From an uncultured Thermoleophilia bacterium (GTDB taxonomy: Bacteria; Actinomycetota; Thermoleophilia; Gaiellales; Gaiellaceae): 64,000 nt of DNA. Positions within the stretch are counted from its first letter, which is position 1. Each line of letters begins with the position of its first letter. Positions 1 to 9,822 of this stretch are shown here, one piece after another. The position numbers and the translations under genes are program-made. The stretch spans positions 65,899-129,898 of the forward strand of contig CAWJNF010000005.1 in assembly GCA_963844235.1 (NCBI GenBank), read 5' to 3'. Below the pieces are notes generated by a model that made no database searches, was not told the origin of the DNA, and saw only the letters and a program-made list of their open reading frames with translations.

Positions 1-453
1 GGTGCCGTGCGCCTCTTCGCCTCTAGCGCCAGCGTCGGCCGGCTCGTGCCGGCCATGGGTCCGGCGCGGGGGGTGGGGGGCGTGCAGTCGGCGGTCTTCA
101 AGGCAGGCCTTTTCAAGGTTAGCCAGCGGCTGCAGCTGGCCAAGCTCATCACGCGGCTCGTCCTGACGGGCGGCGATTTCTCCCAATGCCGGTCTGGTCC
201 GGGCCAGTCTCCTCCTCGGAAACGCGTGCGAAGGATCTCGGGCGAGGGCGAGGGCGCGTTTGCCACGAAGGGCAGGTACGGCACGGCGACGTCGTCGAGC
301 ACGCTGCAGACGAAGTGGAGCACCGTCGATCAGTGCAGGGGGACGCTGATGCAGGCGAGCACAGGAGGGTTGACCGTCCGCGACCTCGTCCGCGGCAAGA
401 CGGTCCACCTCGGTCCCGGCGAGCGCTACCTTGCCAAGAAGCCCGGCTCCTAG
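1..453 (+). CDS. hypothetical protein, C-terminal fragment (5' end outside window)
   Basis: Frame open from nt 1 to the stop at 451-453. The C-terminal peptide ...TVDQCRGTLMQASTGGLTVRDLVRGKTVHLGPGERYLAKKPGS has normal, non-shadow composition. A hairpin follows. Confidence 0.35.
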   Translation, partial: GAVRLFASSASVGRLVPAMGPARGVGGVQSAVFKAGLFKVSQRLQLAKLITRLVLTGGDFSQCRSGPGQSPPRKRVRRISGEGEGAFATKGRYGTATSSSTLQTKWSTVDQCRGTLMQASTGGLTVRDLVRGKTVHLGPGERYLAKKPGS

Positions 454-482
454 CCACGCGCCCAGCTCACACCGCCCGCCCC

Positions 483-520
483 GCGCCCGCCGCAGGGCCC
501 CGTCCGCGAGCGGCGGGCGC
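483..520 (+). terminator. GC-rich hairpin (11-bp stem GCGCCCGCCGC/GCGGCGGGCGC)
   Basis: Perfect inverted repeat 30 nt after the stop of the partial CDS. No U-tract. Confidence 0.35.
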
Positions 521-607
521 GGCGAGCGCTGAAGCACGCGAAGTCCGTACCCGTGTGCTCCTCGGCATGGGCCGTTCGGACGGGGCCGGCGGATACGATC
601 CGCGGCG

Positions 608-1930
608 ATGACGCCGGAGGAGCTCGCCAACGCCGGAGTGCGGGCCATGGCTCTCGTGCTCGTCGACAACGCCGGCATCGCGCGCATGAAGTGCGTCTCG
701 ATCGATCGCCTCGACCGCGCTGCCAGACGCGGAATCGGGTGGGCCGAGCTGTGGGGGCTTTCGCTCTCCGACGACTCGTTCGCGCATCCGCCGGAGCTCT
801 ACAGCCCGACCGGGGATCTGCGGCTGCGGGCCGACCTCGCTGCGGCGCGACCGGTCGGAGGGGCGCCGGGATGGGGCTGGGCGCCGATCGATCACCACCT
901 CCAGTCCGGTACGCCCTGGCCGGGATGCCAGCGCGGCTTCCTCCGGCGGATAGTCGACGAGGCACGGGAGCGTGGCTACGAGCTGCAGGCCGCCTGGGAG
1001 CTGGAGTGCGTCGTCGGCGCAGACCACTCGGAGGGCTTCGAGGCGCTTCACAAGGGCCCGGGGTACGGCGCGGTGACATTCGGCGCCACGAACTGGTTCA
1101 TGCTCGAGCTGTTCGACGCGCTGGCGGTGTCGGGTGTCGAGGTAGAGCAGGTGCATCCCGAGTACGCGGACGGGCAGATGGAGCTCTCCCTCGCCGTTCG
1201 CGATCCGATCGCCGCCTGCGACGAGTCCGTCCTTGCCCGTCACCTCGTCGGCACCGTGGCGGGTAGGCACGGCTGGCGGGCCAGCTTCGCGCCGCGCGTC
1301 GTCGCCGGCTCGGTCGGGAACGGCGCTCACCTCCACGTCTCGGTCTGGCAGGACGGCGAGAACCAGCTGGCGGGCGGAACCGGGCCCGAGAGCCTGCGCC
1401 CGGCCGGGGCCGCATTCATCGCAGGGGCGCTCGAGCACCTCCCGGCACTCACGGCGATCGGCGCGCCCTCGCCCCTCTCCTACGTGCGGCTCGTCCCCGG
1501 CCACTGGTCGGGCGCCTACGTCTGCTGGGGCAACGAGAACCGCGAGGCGTCGCTGCGGCTGGAGGGCGCCGGCGGTCTCGGCGCCGGCCGCAGCGCGAAC
1601 GTCGAGTGGAAATCGGTCGACGGTGCGGCCAACCCGTACCTGGCACTGGGCGCCCTGATCGCGGCCGGGCTCGACGGTCTCGAGCGCGGGCTCGAGCTGC
1701 CGCCGCCCGTCCACGAAGACCCGGCTGCGCTGCCGGACTCGAGGCGCCCCGCCCGCTTGCCGGAGACGCTCACCGAAGCCGCCGAGGCCCTCGCCGGCTC
1801 GGCAGTCCTCCGCGATGCCATGGGCGAGTATCTCCACAGCCGGGTCGTGGCCGTACGCCGCGCCGAGGCGGAGCGCGCGGAGGGCCTCGACGAGACAGCG
1901 CTGGTCTCCCGCTACCGCTGGAGGTTCTAA
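608..1930 (+). CDS. glutamine synthetase family protein (GlnA-like / gamma-glutamyl-amine ligase type)
   Basis: 440-aa ORF with GS catalytic-domain motifs HPEYADGQMELSL, GNGAHLHVSVW and ANPYLALGALIAAGLDG. Confidence 0.85.
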   Translation: MTPEELANAGVRAMALVLVDNAGIARMKCVSIDRLDRAARRGIGWAELWGLSLSDDSFAHPPELYSPTGDLRLRADLAAARPVGGAPGWGWAPIDHHLQSGTPWPGCQRGFLRRIVDEARERGYELQAAWELECVVGADHSEGFEALHKGPGYGAVTFGATNWFMLELFDALAVSGVEVEQVHPEYADGQMELSLAVRDPIAACDESVLARHLVGTVAGRHGWRASFAPRVVAGSVGNGAHLHVSVWQDGENQLAGGTGPESLRPAGAAFIAGALEHLPALTAIGAPSPLSYVRLVPGHWSGAYVCWGNENREASLRLEGAGGLGAGRSANVEWKSVDGAANPYLALGALIAAGLDGLERGLELPPPVHEDPAALPDSRRPARLPETLTEAAEALAGSAVLRDAMGEYLHSRVVAVRRAEAERAEGLDETALVSRYRWRF

Positions 1931-2141
1931 CACGTGGGGAACCCGTGGTTCCCCCCGAGCCCCTCCTTGACTGTCACGCGTTTCTCGCGGCGCGGCGTCG
2001 CCGCGGCGAGGCATCGCCGGGCAACGGCGACGCCGAAACGGCCGAACGCCGCCGACGACACGTGACCCGGTCCTCGCCTGCGTGGCGCCGCAACAATAGC
2101 TCCGCGTCCAGCGTCCTCGGCCCGGGTAAGATCCGGCCCCT

Positions 2142-3314
2142 GTGATGGTCGACCTCACCGACGCCCCGGTCGTCGACGCCCACTGCCACCCGTGGCGCAA
2201 CGACGAGCTCGTCGAGCGGGACCCGCTCGGATTCGAGGACAGGGTGACCATGATGGGCATGTGCCTGATCTCCTCCGGACTCGCGGAGGAAGGGTCGGCC
2301 GAGCACCTGGCGCTCCTCACCGAGTCGACGCCGTTCGCGCTGACGATGCGCCGGCGTCTGGCGGAGCATCTTGGAGCCGAGGCGACGCGGGAGGCGGTCG
2401 CGAAGGCTCGCCATGATGCCCTGGCGCCGGACCCGATCGCCTACAACCGACGGCTCTGGGACACGGGGCGGGTGGCGGCGCTCGTGTACGACGAGGGGTA
2501 TCCGCAGCCGACGATCCCCCGCGAGACGTTCGTGACGGAAAGTGCGACCCGTGTCCACCGTGTGGCTCGTATCGAGCCAATCATTCTCGCGCTCCGTGGG
2601 CGCGCCGGCTCGTTCCACGACCTCGAGGACGCGTTCGTCGCCGAGCTCGAGGGGGCCGCGGCCGACCCGGAGCTCGTGGCGTTCAAGAGCGTCATTGCCT
2701 ACCGGACCGGTCTCGACGTCGAGAACCCGCCGGCCGACTACTGCGAGCGTTCTTTCAAGCTCTGGCGCGAGGACGACTTCGTGGAGACGCGCCAGCACGC
2801 GAAGCCGGTGCGCGACCGCCTGCTGCGCCGGACGCTCGAGGTGGCGAAGGCGCACGATAGGCCGGTTCACGTCCATTGCGGCGGCGGCGACCCCGCCATC
2901 GTGCTCGCGCACGCCCGGCCGCAGGATCTCTTTCCGCTGCTGTCCCAGCACGACGACCAGCCGGTGGTGCTCATCCACTCCGGCTGGCCGTGGCTGGAGG
3001 AGGGCGCATACGTCGCCTCCGTGCTTCCGCACGTATACCTCGAGATGTCGATCACGATGCCCTGGGGAACCCTCGCGATTGACCAGAAGCTCGAGGTGTT
3101 GCTCGGTGCCGCGCCACCGGCGAAGATCCTGTACGGCTCTGACGAGTCCACCGAGCCGGAGGTGATCTGGCTCTCGGCTCAGCTCGGTCGCGAAGCGCTT
3201 GGACGCGTGCTCGGCACGGCGGTCGAGCGCACCTGGCTCAGCGAGGTGGAGGCCCGCAGGATCGGTGAGAACGTGCTCGCGGGCAACGTCCGACGGCTCC
3301 ACGGACTGGGCTGA
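2142..3314 (+). CDS. amidohydrolase-2 family metal-dependent hydrolase
   Basis: 390-aa ORF with VVDAHCHPW near the N-terminus, plus VHVHCGGG and LIHSGWPW. Lies directly downstream of the GS-like gene. Confidence 0.75.
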   Translation: MMVDLTDAPVVDAHCHPWRNDELVERDPLGFEDRVTMMGMCLISSGLAEEGSAEHLALLTESTPFALTMRRRLAEHLGAEATREAVAKARHDALAPDPIAYNRRLWDTGRVAALVYDEGYPQPTIPRETFVTESATRVHRVARIEPIILALRGRAGSFHDLEDAFVAELEGAAADPELVAFKSVIAYRTGLDVENPPADYCERSFKLWREDDFVETRQHAKPVRDRLLRRTLEVAKAHDRPVHVHCGGGDPAIVLAHARPQDLFPLLSQHDDQPVVLIHSGWPWLEEGAYVASVLPHVYLEMSITMPWGTLAIDQKLEVLLGAAPPAKILYGSDESTEPEVIWLSAQLGREALGRVLGTAVERTWLSEVEARRIGENVLAGNVRRLHGLG

Positions 3315-3335
3315 GGGTCGCGCCCGAATCGATTC

Positions 3336-3357
3336 GGGGCCGAGCGAGCTCGGCCCC
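3336..3357. terminator. bidirectional hairpin GGGGCCGAGC-GA-GCTCGGCCCC
   Basis: Perfect inverted repeat between the convergent genes ending at 3314 (+) and 3381 (-). Confidence 0.45.
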
Positions 3358-3380
3358 GGCATGCGGCTGAACGTGGACGA

Positions 3381-3644
3381 TCAGGCGGTTTCCTGCTGCC
3401 TGGGAAGGGGCTCCTCGACGCCGTCGAGGGGCTCGGGCTGAACGACAGGGGCATGGGCGAACGGGTGGTTGAAGACGTCCAGCGCACTGTCTGCAGGCGC
3501 GGAGATGTCGAAGGCCATGCCCGTCCTCGCATCCGAGACGTGCACCGACAGCTCCTGGCCGCCGTGCCAGAAGAGGGTCACTTCGATCCCGTCTGAAGTC
3601 CTCTGTGCCAGCTCCACCGGATATGTGCGCTTCTTCCTTGGCAT
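3381..3644 (-). CDS. small conserved hypothetical protein
   Basis: 87-aa ORF with balanced composition (MPRKKRTYPVELAQRTSDGIEVTLFWHGGQELSVHVSDARTGMAFDI...). From memory it resembles small actinobacterial proteins of unknown function. Confidence 0.5.
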   Translation of the reverse strand: MPRKKRTYPVELAQRTSDGIEVTLFWHGGQELSVHVSDARTGMAFDISAPADSALDVFNHPFAHAPVVQPEPLDGVEEPLPRQQETA

Positions 3645-3750
3645 CTCCGCCCCTTTCAGCTCTGAACTCCCATGCTCAGAGGATCGACCCCACCCCTCAA
3701 GGGCCGGTCAACGGCGGCTCTACGGCTAGGCCCGGTGTCTGAAGGGGCTT

Positions 3751-6024
3751 CTAGCCCTCGGCGGCGCCGGCGAGCGACCAGGTGAAGCGCGTCTGCGCCT
3801 CGGCCGGCGCGAGGCCGCCGGGGCGCACTCCGCGCCGCACGAGCACGGTCGTCGGCCGCGCCGACCTGAGCACCGTCAGGCGCGTCTCGCCGAGGCCCTC
3901 GTCGCGCCATCGCGACGAGAGGCCTACGATCAGGAGCCCGGCCGGCTCGGACGCGCCGATCACGCCGTCGGGGCCGGGCTGGACGAGCAGGGGCTCGGTG
4001 GCGACTCCGAGCAGTCGCTGCACGACGAGTGCCGCCCCGGCGAGCAACCGGCTGGCATCGCGCTTTCCGGCCTCCGGAATGCCCGCGGTGCCGAGCAGCC
4101 GCAGCGGCGCCTTCGTCGCCGTGGCCAGCCAGGCCGCCAGCTCGAGCGCGGCCCAGTCGTGATCGGCGCCCCCGAAGGGCAGCATCACCGTGGTCGCCTC
4201 CGGGTCGGTGGAGCCCGGGCGGACGAGGGCGACGTCGCACGGAGCCTGCTCGAGGACGGTGGCGAGCCCGTCGTCGACCTCCCCCTGCTCGAGCAACGAG
4301 GCCGGACAGTCGGAGACGAGCAGGTCGACCTTCTGCTCGGTCGAGAGCCGAACGACGTCGGCGGCATCGTCGCTCGACGTGAAGGCAGCCGCGCGCGCGA
4401 CGAGGCCGCGCTCCTCCAGCCCAGCGCGCGTCTCGTTGAGGTTTGCGGCGGTCTCCGGCAGCGTCGCGGCCTTCTCGGCCGCCACGAGCTGCGCAAGGAT
4501 GAGCTCGTGGGGTGAGGCCGAGCGCGCGAGCGGCTCGACGAGGGCGACCAGGCCGTTCATGGCGTCTGGCGAGCGAGGCGCGACGAGGATCGAGCGCCCG
4601 ACCTGCTGCCCCGCGGCCGGCGCGTCCGGCTGGGAGGCCTCGGCAGCCGTGGCCGTGTGCAGCGGCGGAAAATCGGACAGGAGCCCGGGGCCCGTGAGCT
4701 GGTAGAGATGCTCGGGGGCCGGGAGATCCTTCAGCTCGTGCTCCCCGAGGTCGCGTACCCCGAGGTCGCCAAGCGCCTCGTCCCCGACGGCGAGCCGGGT
4801 CGCCTCCGAGACGAGCACCTGACCTCCGTGGCCGGCCGAGCAGATCCTCGCGCAGCGATGGACGTCGAGGCCGACGTACCCATCCTGCGTCCGCGCCGGC
4901 TGCCCCGTGTGGACGCCCATGCGCACCCGGACTTCCAGGCCTTCGGGCCAATCGTGGCCCGCCATCGCCCGCTGCGTTGCGGATGCGGCCAGCAAGCCGC
5001 CCCTCGCGCTCCGGAACGCGGCGAGGACGCTGTCCCCGACCGCGTCCACCTCCACGCCCTCCTGCGCGGCCACGGCCTCGCGGATCAGCTCCCTGTGCGT
5101 GGCGAGCAGCCCCGCGTAGCTGTCGCCGAGGGTGTCGAGCAGCCGCGTCGAGCCCTCGATGTCGCTGAGCAGAAGCGTCACCGTCCCACTCGGCAGACTC
5201 GCCCGTCTCGAGGCAAGCGTGTCGTCACCCGCCTTGATGGCCTGCCCGAGGCGCTCGAGCGAGCCTGCGGGCTGGATGCCGAGACTTCGGTCGAGAGCTT
5301 GCCTGGCATCCTCGAGCGTCGCCAGTGCTTCACCCGAGCGGCCCGCCCGATGGAGGGCGAGCATGAGCTGCCCGCGTAGGCGCTCGCGAAGCGGGTGCGC
5401 CGCGACCAGCGCCTGCAGCTCCTCGACGATCTCCGCATGGCGCTCGAGAGCGAGGTCGGCCTCGATGCGCTCCTCGATCGCCGAGAGCCGCAGCTCCTCG
5501 AGCCGGGCAATGGCTCCCTGGGCGAAGCGCTCGCGGCGGAAGTCGGCGAGCGCCGGCCCGCGCCACAGCTGGAGCGCCTCGTGCAGACGCAGGGACGCCT
5601 GCTGTGCCTGACCGGCGGCGAGCGCCGCTCGCCCATCCTCGACGAGCCCCTCGAAACGCCGCAGGTCGAGGTCGTCGTCCTCGACCCGCACGAGATAGCC
5701 GGGGAAGCGCGCGGCGAGCGCATCGCGTCCGATCACGCGCCGGAGACTGTCGACGTGCGTCTCGACCAGGCGCGCGGCGGCGGCGCGCGGCTCCTCGCCC
5801 CAGAGCTCCTCCGCGAGCAGCTCCGTGGAGACGACCTCGCCGGCGTGGAGGAGCAGAAACGCGAGCAGCGCACGCTGCCGATCGCCCGCGAGCTGAACTG
5901 GAGCGCCGTCGCGCCGGATTTCGAGCGGGCCAAGAATCGAAAACTGCACCGCAGGCTCCCCAGCAGGCGAACGTAGCACGCAAGCGGGATCCCTGCCGTC
6001 TTGGAGCCATGAGCGATTGCCCAT
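3751..6024 (-). CDS. SARP (wHTH+BTAD) / class III adenylate-guanylate cyclase / tandem USP-like fusion regulator
   Basis: The conserved part starts at VQFSILGPLEI. BTAD helices are present (LWRGPALADF, RLEELRLSAIEERIEADLALERHAE). The cyclase core is VTLLLSDIEGSTRLL...GDSVLAAF...VRMGVHTG. About 300 aa of USP-like tail end in TRFTWS. Start placed at ATG 6024; GTG 5949 is an alternative, and the ORF-track start at 6411 is probably too long. Confidence 0.8.
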   Translation of the reverse strand: MGNRSWLQDGRDPACVLRSPAGEPAVQFSILGPLEIRRDGAPVQLAGDRQRALLAFLLLHAGEVVSTELLAEELWGEEPRAAAARLVETHVDSLRRVIGRDALAARFPGYLVRVEDDDLDLRRFEGLVEDGRAALAAGQAQQASLRLHEALQLWRGPALADFRRERFAQGAIARLEELRLSAIEERIEADLALERHAEIVEELQALVAAHPLRERLRGQLMLALHRAGRSGEALATLEDARQALDRSLGIQPAGSLERLGQAIKAGDDTLASRRASLPSGTVTLLLSDIEGSTRLLDTLGDSYAGLLATHRELIREAVAAQEGVEVDAVGDSVLAAFRSARGGLLAASATQRAMAGHDWPEGLEVRVRMGVHTGQPARTQDGYVGLDVHRCARICSAGHGGQVLVSEATRLAVGDEALGDLGVRDLGEHELKDLPAPEHLYQLTGPGLLSDFPPLHTATAAEASQPDAPAAGQQVGRSILVAPRSPDAMNGLVALVEPLARSASPHELILAQLVAAEKAATLPETAANLNETRAGLEERGLVARAAAFTSSDDAADVVRLSTEQKVDLLVSDCPASLLEQGEVDDGLATVLEQAPCDVALVRPGSTDPEATTVMLPFGGADHDWAALELAAWLATATKAPLRLLGTAGIPEAGKRDASRLLAGAALVVQRLLGVATEPLLVQPGPDGVIGASEPAGLLIVGLSSRWRDEGLGETRLTVLRSARPTTVLVRRGVRPGGLAPAEAQTRFTWSLAGAAEG

Positions 6025-6287
6025 GGTGCGTCTCTGGACCGTGCGGGCACATCTCGAAAGTTGGCGCACTTTGGGGATGACATGCCCTACGCGAGGTGCG
6101 ATCATCGTCCGTCTACTGTCAACCGCCCTCACCGCCTGGGGGTGAGGGCTCATCTGCGGCACTGCGGCGTACGAGCATCGGGGCTGAGCCCGATCCGGCT
6201 CGGCCTGCTCTCTCGAGGACGGGCAACGCTCCACCATTGCCGGGAGGGAAGGGAGGACCTGTGGAAGAGCGATCGAGCGTCTCGGCC

Positions 6288-7251
6288 ATGCGACGGACGG
6301 CGCGAGCGGTTCTCGCGCTGGGGGCGGGTGGCCACACGCGCCGGTGCGTCCACGGACGGATCCTGGTGAGTCTCGCCGTTGCCTTGCTAGCCGTCCTCTC
6401 GATGGCCTCACCAGCTGGCGCCGGCATCTTCAACGTCATTCCGGCGAACTCTGCCGAGGATCCCATCGACGAGATCCAGGACGACGATGCCCTTCTCGCA
6501 TTCGTACGTGTCGACCTGGCCGGGGGCGAGGTCTGCGTCGTCGACGGCGATACCGAGCTCCGATTCGATAACAGCCTGAGCTGCAAGGACCAGGGGGCTT
6601 ATTGGGCGTCGTCAAATCAGGTTTCGGGCATCGGAACCATGCTCATTCCGATCCAGCGCCCCTTTCTCCGCGTAGGCACGTGGAAGCTCCTCGGCGACGG
6701 AGGCTGTCTGACTCTCGCACGACGACGTCTGCGTCACCCCGTCAACAGACGCGCTGAGTCAGCCATTCACGGTCGTGCGTTGCCCACCGGGCGCTTGTGA
6801 CCCGACGATCGCCCAGGCGACACTCCAGCATTGGAAGAGTTGGGCTGGCGGCACGCTCGGCGATGCGGCGACCGCCTTCTGCGGGCTGGGTGCCGTCTGG
6901 AACAACCGCCCCGATGTCGGCGGGGCGAGGAAGAACTACGGCGCTGCCAAGCGAAGCGGTGACTGGGTGGAGGATGCCAATTGAGGACAAGACTCGGCGA
7001 TCTGATCGGGGATGTCGCAGAGGTCGGCATCACGATGTTTGGGTTCGGCATCCTTCAGTACGGGCCGGCGCTCCTCGATGTCCCGACCTCGTACAACGAG
7101 GCGATGCTTTCCATGGCGACCGACATCGTCTGCAAGCAGCGCAAGATGCTCCAGGACATCGAAGCAGATCCGCCGTCGCCCGACTACGACACGATTCAGC
7201 CAGCCGCAGTTCGAGCGGTGGCCGACCTCGTTCAATTCGATCGGCGATGCC
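6288..7251 (+). pseudogene. frame-disrupted 5' region (signal peptide plus ~300 codons in two alternating frames), probably the N-terminal part of the downstream adhesin-like gene
   Basis: The segment opens with MRRTARAVLALG...LAVALLAVLSMASPAGAG, a signal peptide. Coding-like sequence switches frame at about 6705-6712, 6975-6985 and 7235-7250. Example: ...AVADLVQF in one frame continues as NSIGDAMIDASEDF in the next. Confidence 0.45.
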
Positions 7252-9822
7252 ATGATCGACGCGAGCGAGGACTTTCATGCATACGGCAGGGCTCAGCTCG
7301 CCGCTGTCGAGCGATATCAGGGTGCGCTGGCCGACGGCCAGACGGGCTTCGTCCACACCCAATCGCTGGCCATAGCGATGAACGGCGACGGAATGGTCGA
7401 CGCGCTGAGACGAATGATCAGAAGCTTCGACGACTATCGCGACGAATTGGCGTCGACATCGGAGGGCAGCGAGGCCATTCTGGCTCTGGGCGACCGCTCC
7501 TTACTGGCGAGCCTCTTCCAGCGCGTGAGAGCCGACGGCTTTACGCCGGCCGAGCTCGACGAGCTAAGAGCACTCGGTCTTACGACTGGGATGATCGACT
7601 TTTATCGGTCGACGTACGACCGCCCTATCGAAGAGGCGCCAACGGGCATTTCCATGGCAGCTGCAGTGGGCACCCTCATCGAGGCGCTGGAGCTGAGCAT
7701 CGAGCCGGTTCAGCGACTTGCCAACGAGGCGGCGCATGTTGCCGCAATAACGAATCAGCCTCCTCCTACCAATCGCCTGCCGGTCGCCGTTGCGGATACC
7801 GGCGAGACAATAGGTGCGACGCCCGCGACGATCGACGTGCTTGCGAATGACACGGACCCGGACGGTGATCAGCTTACGGTGACCGGCACGCGAAACGTCT
7901 TCCGAGGCACCGCGTCGTGCACCCCATCTGGCAGCTGCACGTATACGCCCAACCCTGACTTCACATTCGGCGAGGGTTCGTTCGACTACGAGATTGCGGA
8001 TGGGCACGGCGGAACGGCGTCGGCGAACGTACGGATCACGATCCGATCGACCCGGCCCACGGCGGCGTTCACTGCGGCGCCAACCGAGGGATTCAGGTCG
8101 GTGACCGTGACATTCGACGCCTCCGCTTCATCAGATGCAAACGGATCCATCGAGTCGTACCGCTGGGAGTTCGGTGACGGCGAGACGGCAACCGGCGCGA
8201 TCGTCGAGCATACGTACACGGAACGCGGCACGTACAACGCCTTCCTGACGGTGACCGACGACGATGGCGAGACCGGGCGCACGGGCAGACAGATATTCGT
8301 GACGACTGAGCAGGATCTGAGTCTTCCCATCTGCGGCGATGCCGACGGCTCGGAAGTCCCATTCCAGCGACCGTGTCCGGCCCCGTTCGCCTACACGGAG
8401 GACGTGCAGTTGTTCCGCGTCCCGGGTACGGGCTCGGTCGACGTCCGGTTCGACTTCGTCAACAGAGCGGCCGCTCTCGCAAACGAGCTCGTAGCGGTTC
8501 GCGTCGATGACGGCTCAGGCAGAATCGACGGCTTGCTCCCCGGCGAGGACGGCTATTTGGCGCTGGCGCTCGAGCGCGCTCAGGTCGTGTTCCCGGGCGG
8601 GTCAGGAGCTGCGACGCCTGACGTGACGATGCGTTTCACGGGCGGCGATTTCCTCGTATTCGGGATCGCCCAAGCCTCGCTCGCGCAGCTGCGGCTGAAC
8701 AACCCCTCCAATTCCGCGGTGCCCGGCAACAGCGCGTTCTTCTCCCTCATCGCGCTCAATCCCGACGGCATACAGCACATGGTCGGATGGGAGCAGCAAA
8801 CCGGTGGCTTCGTCCAGTTCAGCTTCGAGGACATTCTTGGAGGCGGCGACTTCGACTACGACGACATCACGTGGAACGTCTACGGACTACAGCCGCTAGC
8901 TCCTGAGAGCCCGGTCGGCCCGGAATCCACCGACGACACGCTCGTGACCGATGAGGACACGGGCGGCCAGAAGGACGTGCTCGCCAACGACACCGGTCCG
9001 TCGTTGACCGTCACCGCCTTCACCCAGGGCACGCACGGCACCGTCTCCTGCACCACGGCGGGCGTCTGCACGTATACGCCGGAGCCGGGCTACTCGGGCC
9101 CGGACTCGTTCACCTACACGGCCTCGAACGCGGACGGCAACGACACGGCAATGGTCGACGTCACGGTCAACCCGGGCAACGACCCGCCGGTCGCGGTCAA
9201 CGATTCGGCGTCGACGCCCCAGGGTGTCGCGAAGGACGTGAACGTGCTCGGGAACGACTCCGATCCGGACGGCGATGTGCTTTCGGTATTGAGCAACTCG
9301 CAGGGAGCCAACGGCTCTGTCTCGTGCACTGCCGGTGGCATCTGCACGTACACGCCGAACGCCGGCTACTCCGGCCCGGATTCGTTCACCTACACGGTCT
9401 CGGACGGACACGGCGGATCGGCTACGGCGACCGTGAGCGTCACGGCCACGCCCGTGAGCCAGGTTGATGTCTCCGGCAAGGGCGTGTTCAACACGGGCGG
9501 CGACGGCAAGGTGACCTTCACGCTCTCCAGCGCCTCCGTGAAGCTGGCCCAGTCGAGCGGCAGGAAGTTCACCTTCGACGGCGCGGTCGCCAGCGTCGTG
9601 GGCGGCGCCGGCACGGCGACGATGACCGGATCCGGGAAGTGGAACGGCGCGTCCGGCTACACGTTCGAGATCACGGTCGTGGACAAGGGCTCGCCGGGCT
9701 ACCGGAAGGGCGACACGATCACGGTCGTGATTCGCAACCCGTCGGGAGCTCCGGTCTTCTCGTGGGGCCCGGAACGACTGAAGACGGGCGACATACGCGT
9801 CACCGGAGGTGCCGCTACCTAG
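7252..9822 (+). CDS. large secreted repeat protein (PKD-like domain plus cadherin/Ig-like 'VLANDxDPDGD' repeats)
   Basis: PKD-like segment YRWEFGDGETATG...YTERGTYNAFLTVTDDDGETG. Three repeats: IDVLANDTDPDGDQLTV, KDVLANDTGPSLTV, VNVLGNDSDPDGDVLSV. Also GGDFDYDDITWNV. The first in-frame ATG has no signal peptide, which supports a fusion with the upstream fragment. Confidence 0.8.
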   Translation: MIDASEDFHAYGRAQLAAVERYQGALADGQTGFVHTQSLAIAMNGDGMVDALRRMIRSFDDYRDELASTSEGSEAILALGDRSLLASLFQRVRADGFTPAELDELRALGLTTGMIDFYRSTYDRPIEEAPTGISMAAAVGTLIEALELSIEPVQRLANEAAHVAAITNQPPPTNRLPVAVADTGETIGATPATIDVLANDTDPDGDQLTVTGTRNVFRGTASCTPSGSCTYTPNPDFTFGEGSFDYEIADGHGGTASANVRITIRSTRPTAAFTAAPTEGFRSVTVTFDASASSDANGSIESYRWEFGDGETATGAIVEHTYTERGTYNAFLTVTDDDGETGRTGRQIFVTTEQDLSLPICGDADGSEVPFQRPCPAPFAYTEDVQLFRVPGTGSVDVRFDFVNRAAALANELVAVRVDDGSGRIDGLLPGEDGYLALALERAQVVFPGGSGAATPDVTMRFTGGDFLVFGIAQASLAQLRLNNPSNSAVPGNSAFFSLIALNPDGIQHMVGWEQQTGGFVQFSFEDILGGGDFDYDDITWNVYGLQPLAPESPVGPESTDDTLVTDEDTGGQKDVLANDTGPSLTVTAFTQGTHGTVSCTTAGVCTYTPEPGYSGPDSFTYTASNADGNDTAMVDVTVNPGNDPPVAVNDSASTPQGVAKDVNVLGNDSDPDGDVLSVLSNSQGANGSVSCTAGGICTYTPNAGYSGPDSFTYTVSDGHGGSATATVSVTATPVSQVDVSGKGVFNTGGDGKVTFTLSSASVKLAQSSGRKFTFDGAVASVVGGAGTATMTGSGKWNGASGYTFEITVVDKGSPGYRKGDTITVVIRNPSGAPVFSWGPERLKTGDIRVTGGAAT

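Noticed and set aside
467-2320. 617-aa minus-strand ORF covering the GS-like gene. Similar giant ORFs occur at 1974-3362, 3656-4951, 13703-14791, 14550-16160, 16142-17287, 23142-24200, 24197-25801, 36628-39141 and 55440-57398.
   Set aside because: Their translations are Arg/Pro/Gly/Ala-rich low-complexity sequence with no motifs. In each case another frame or strand carries clear family motifs. These are typical shadow ORFs of a very GC-rich genome.
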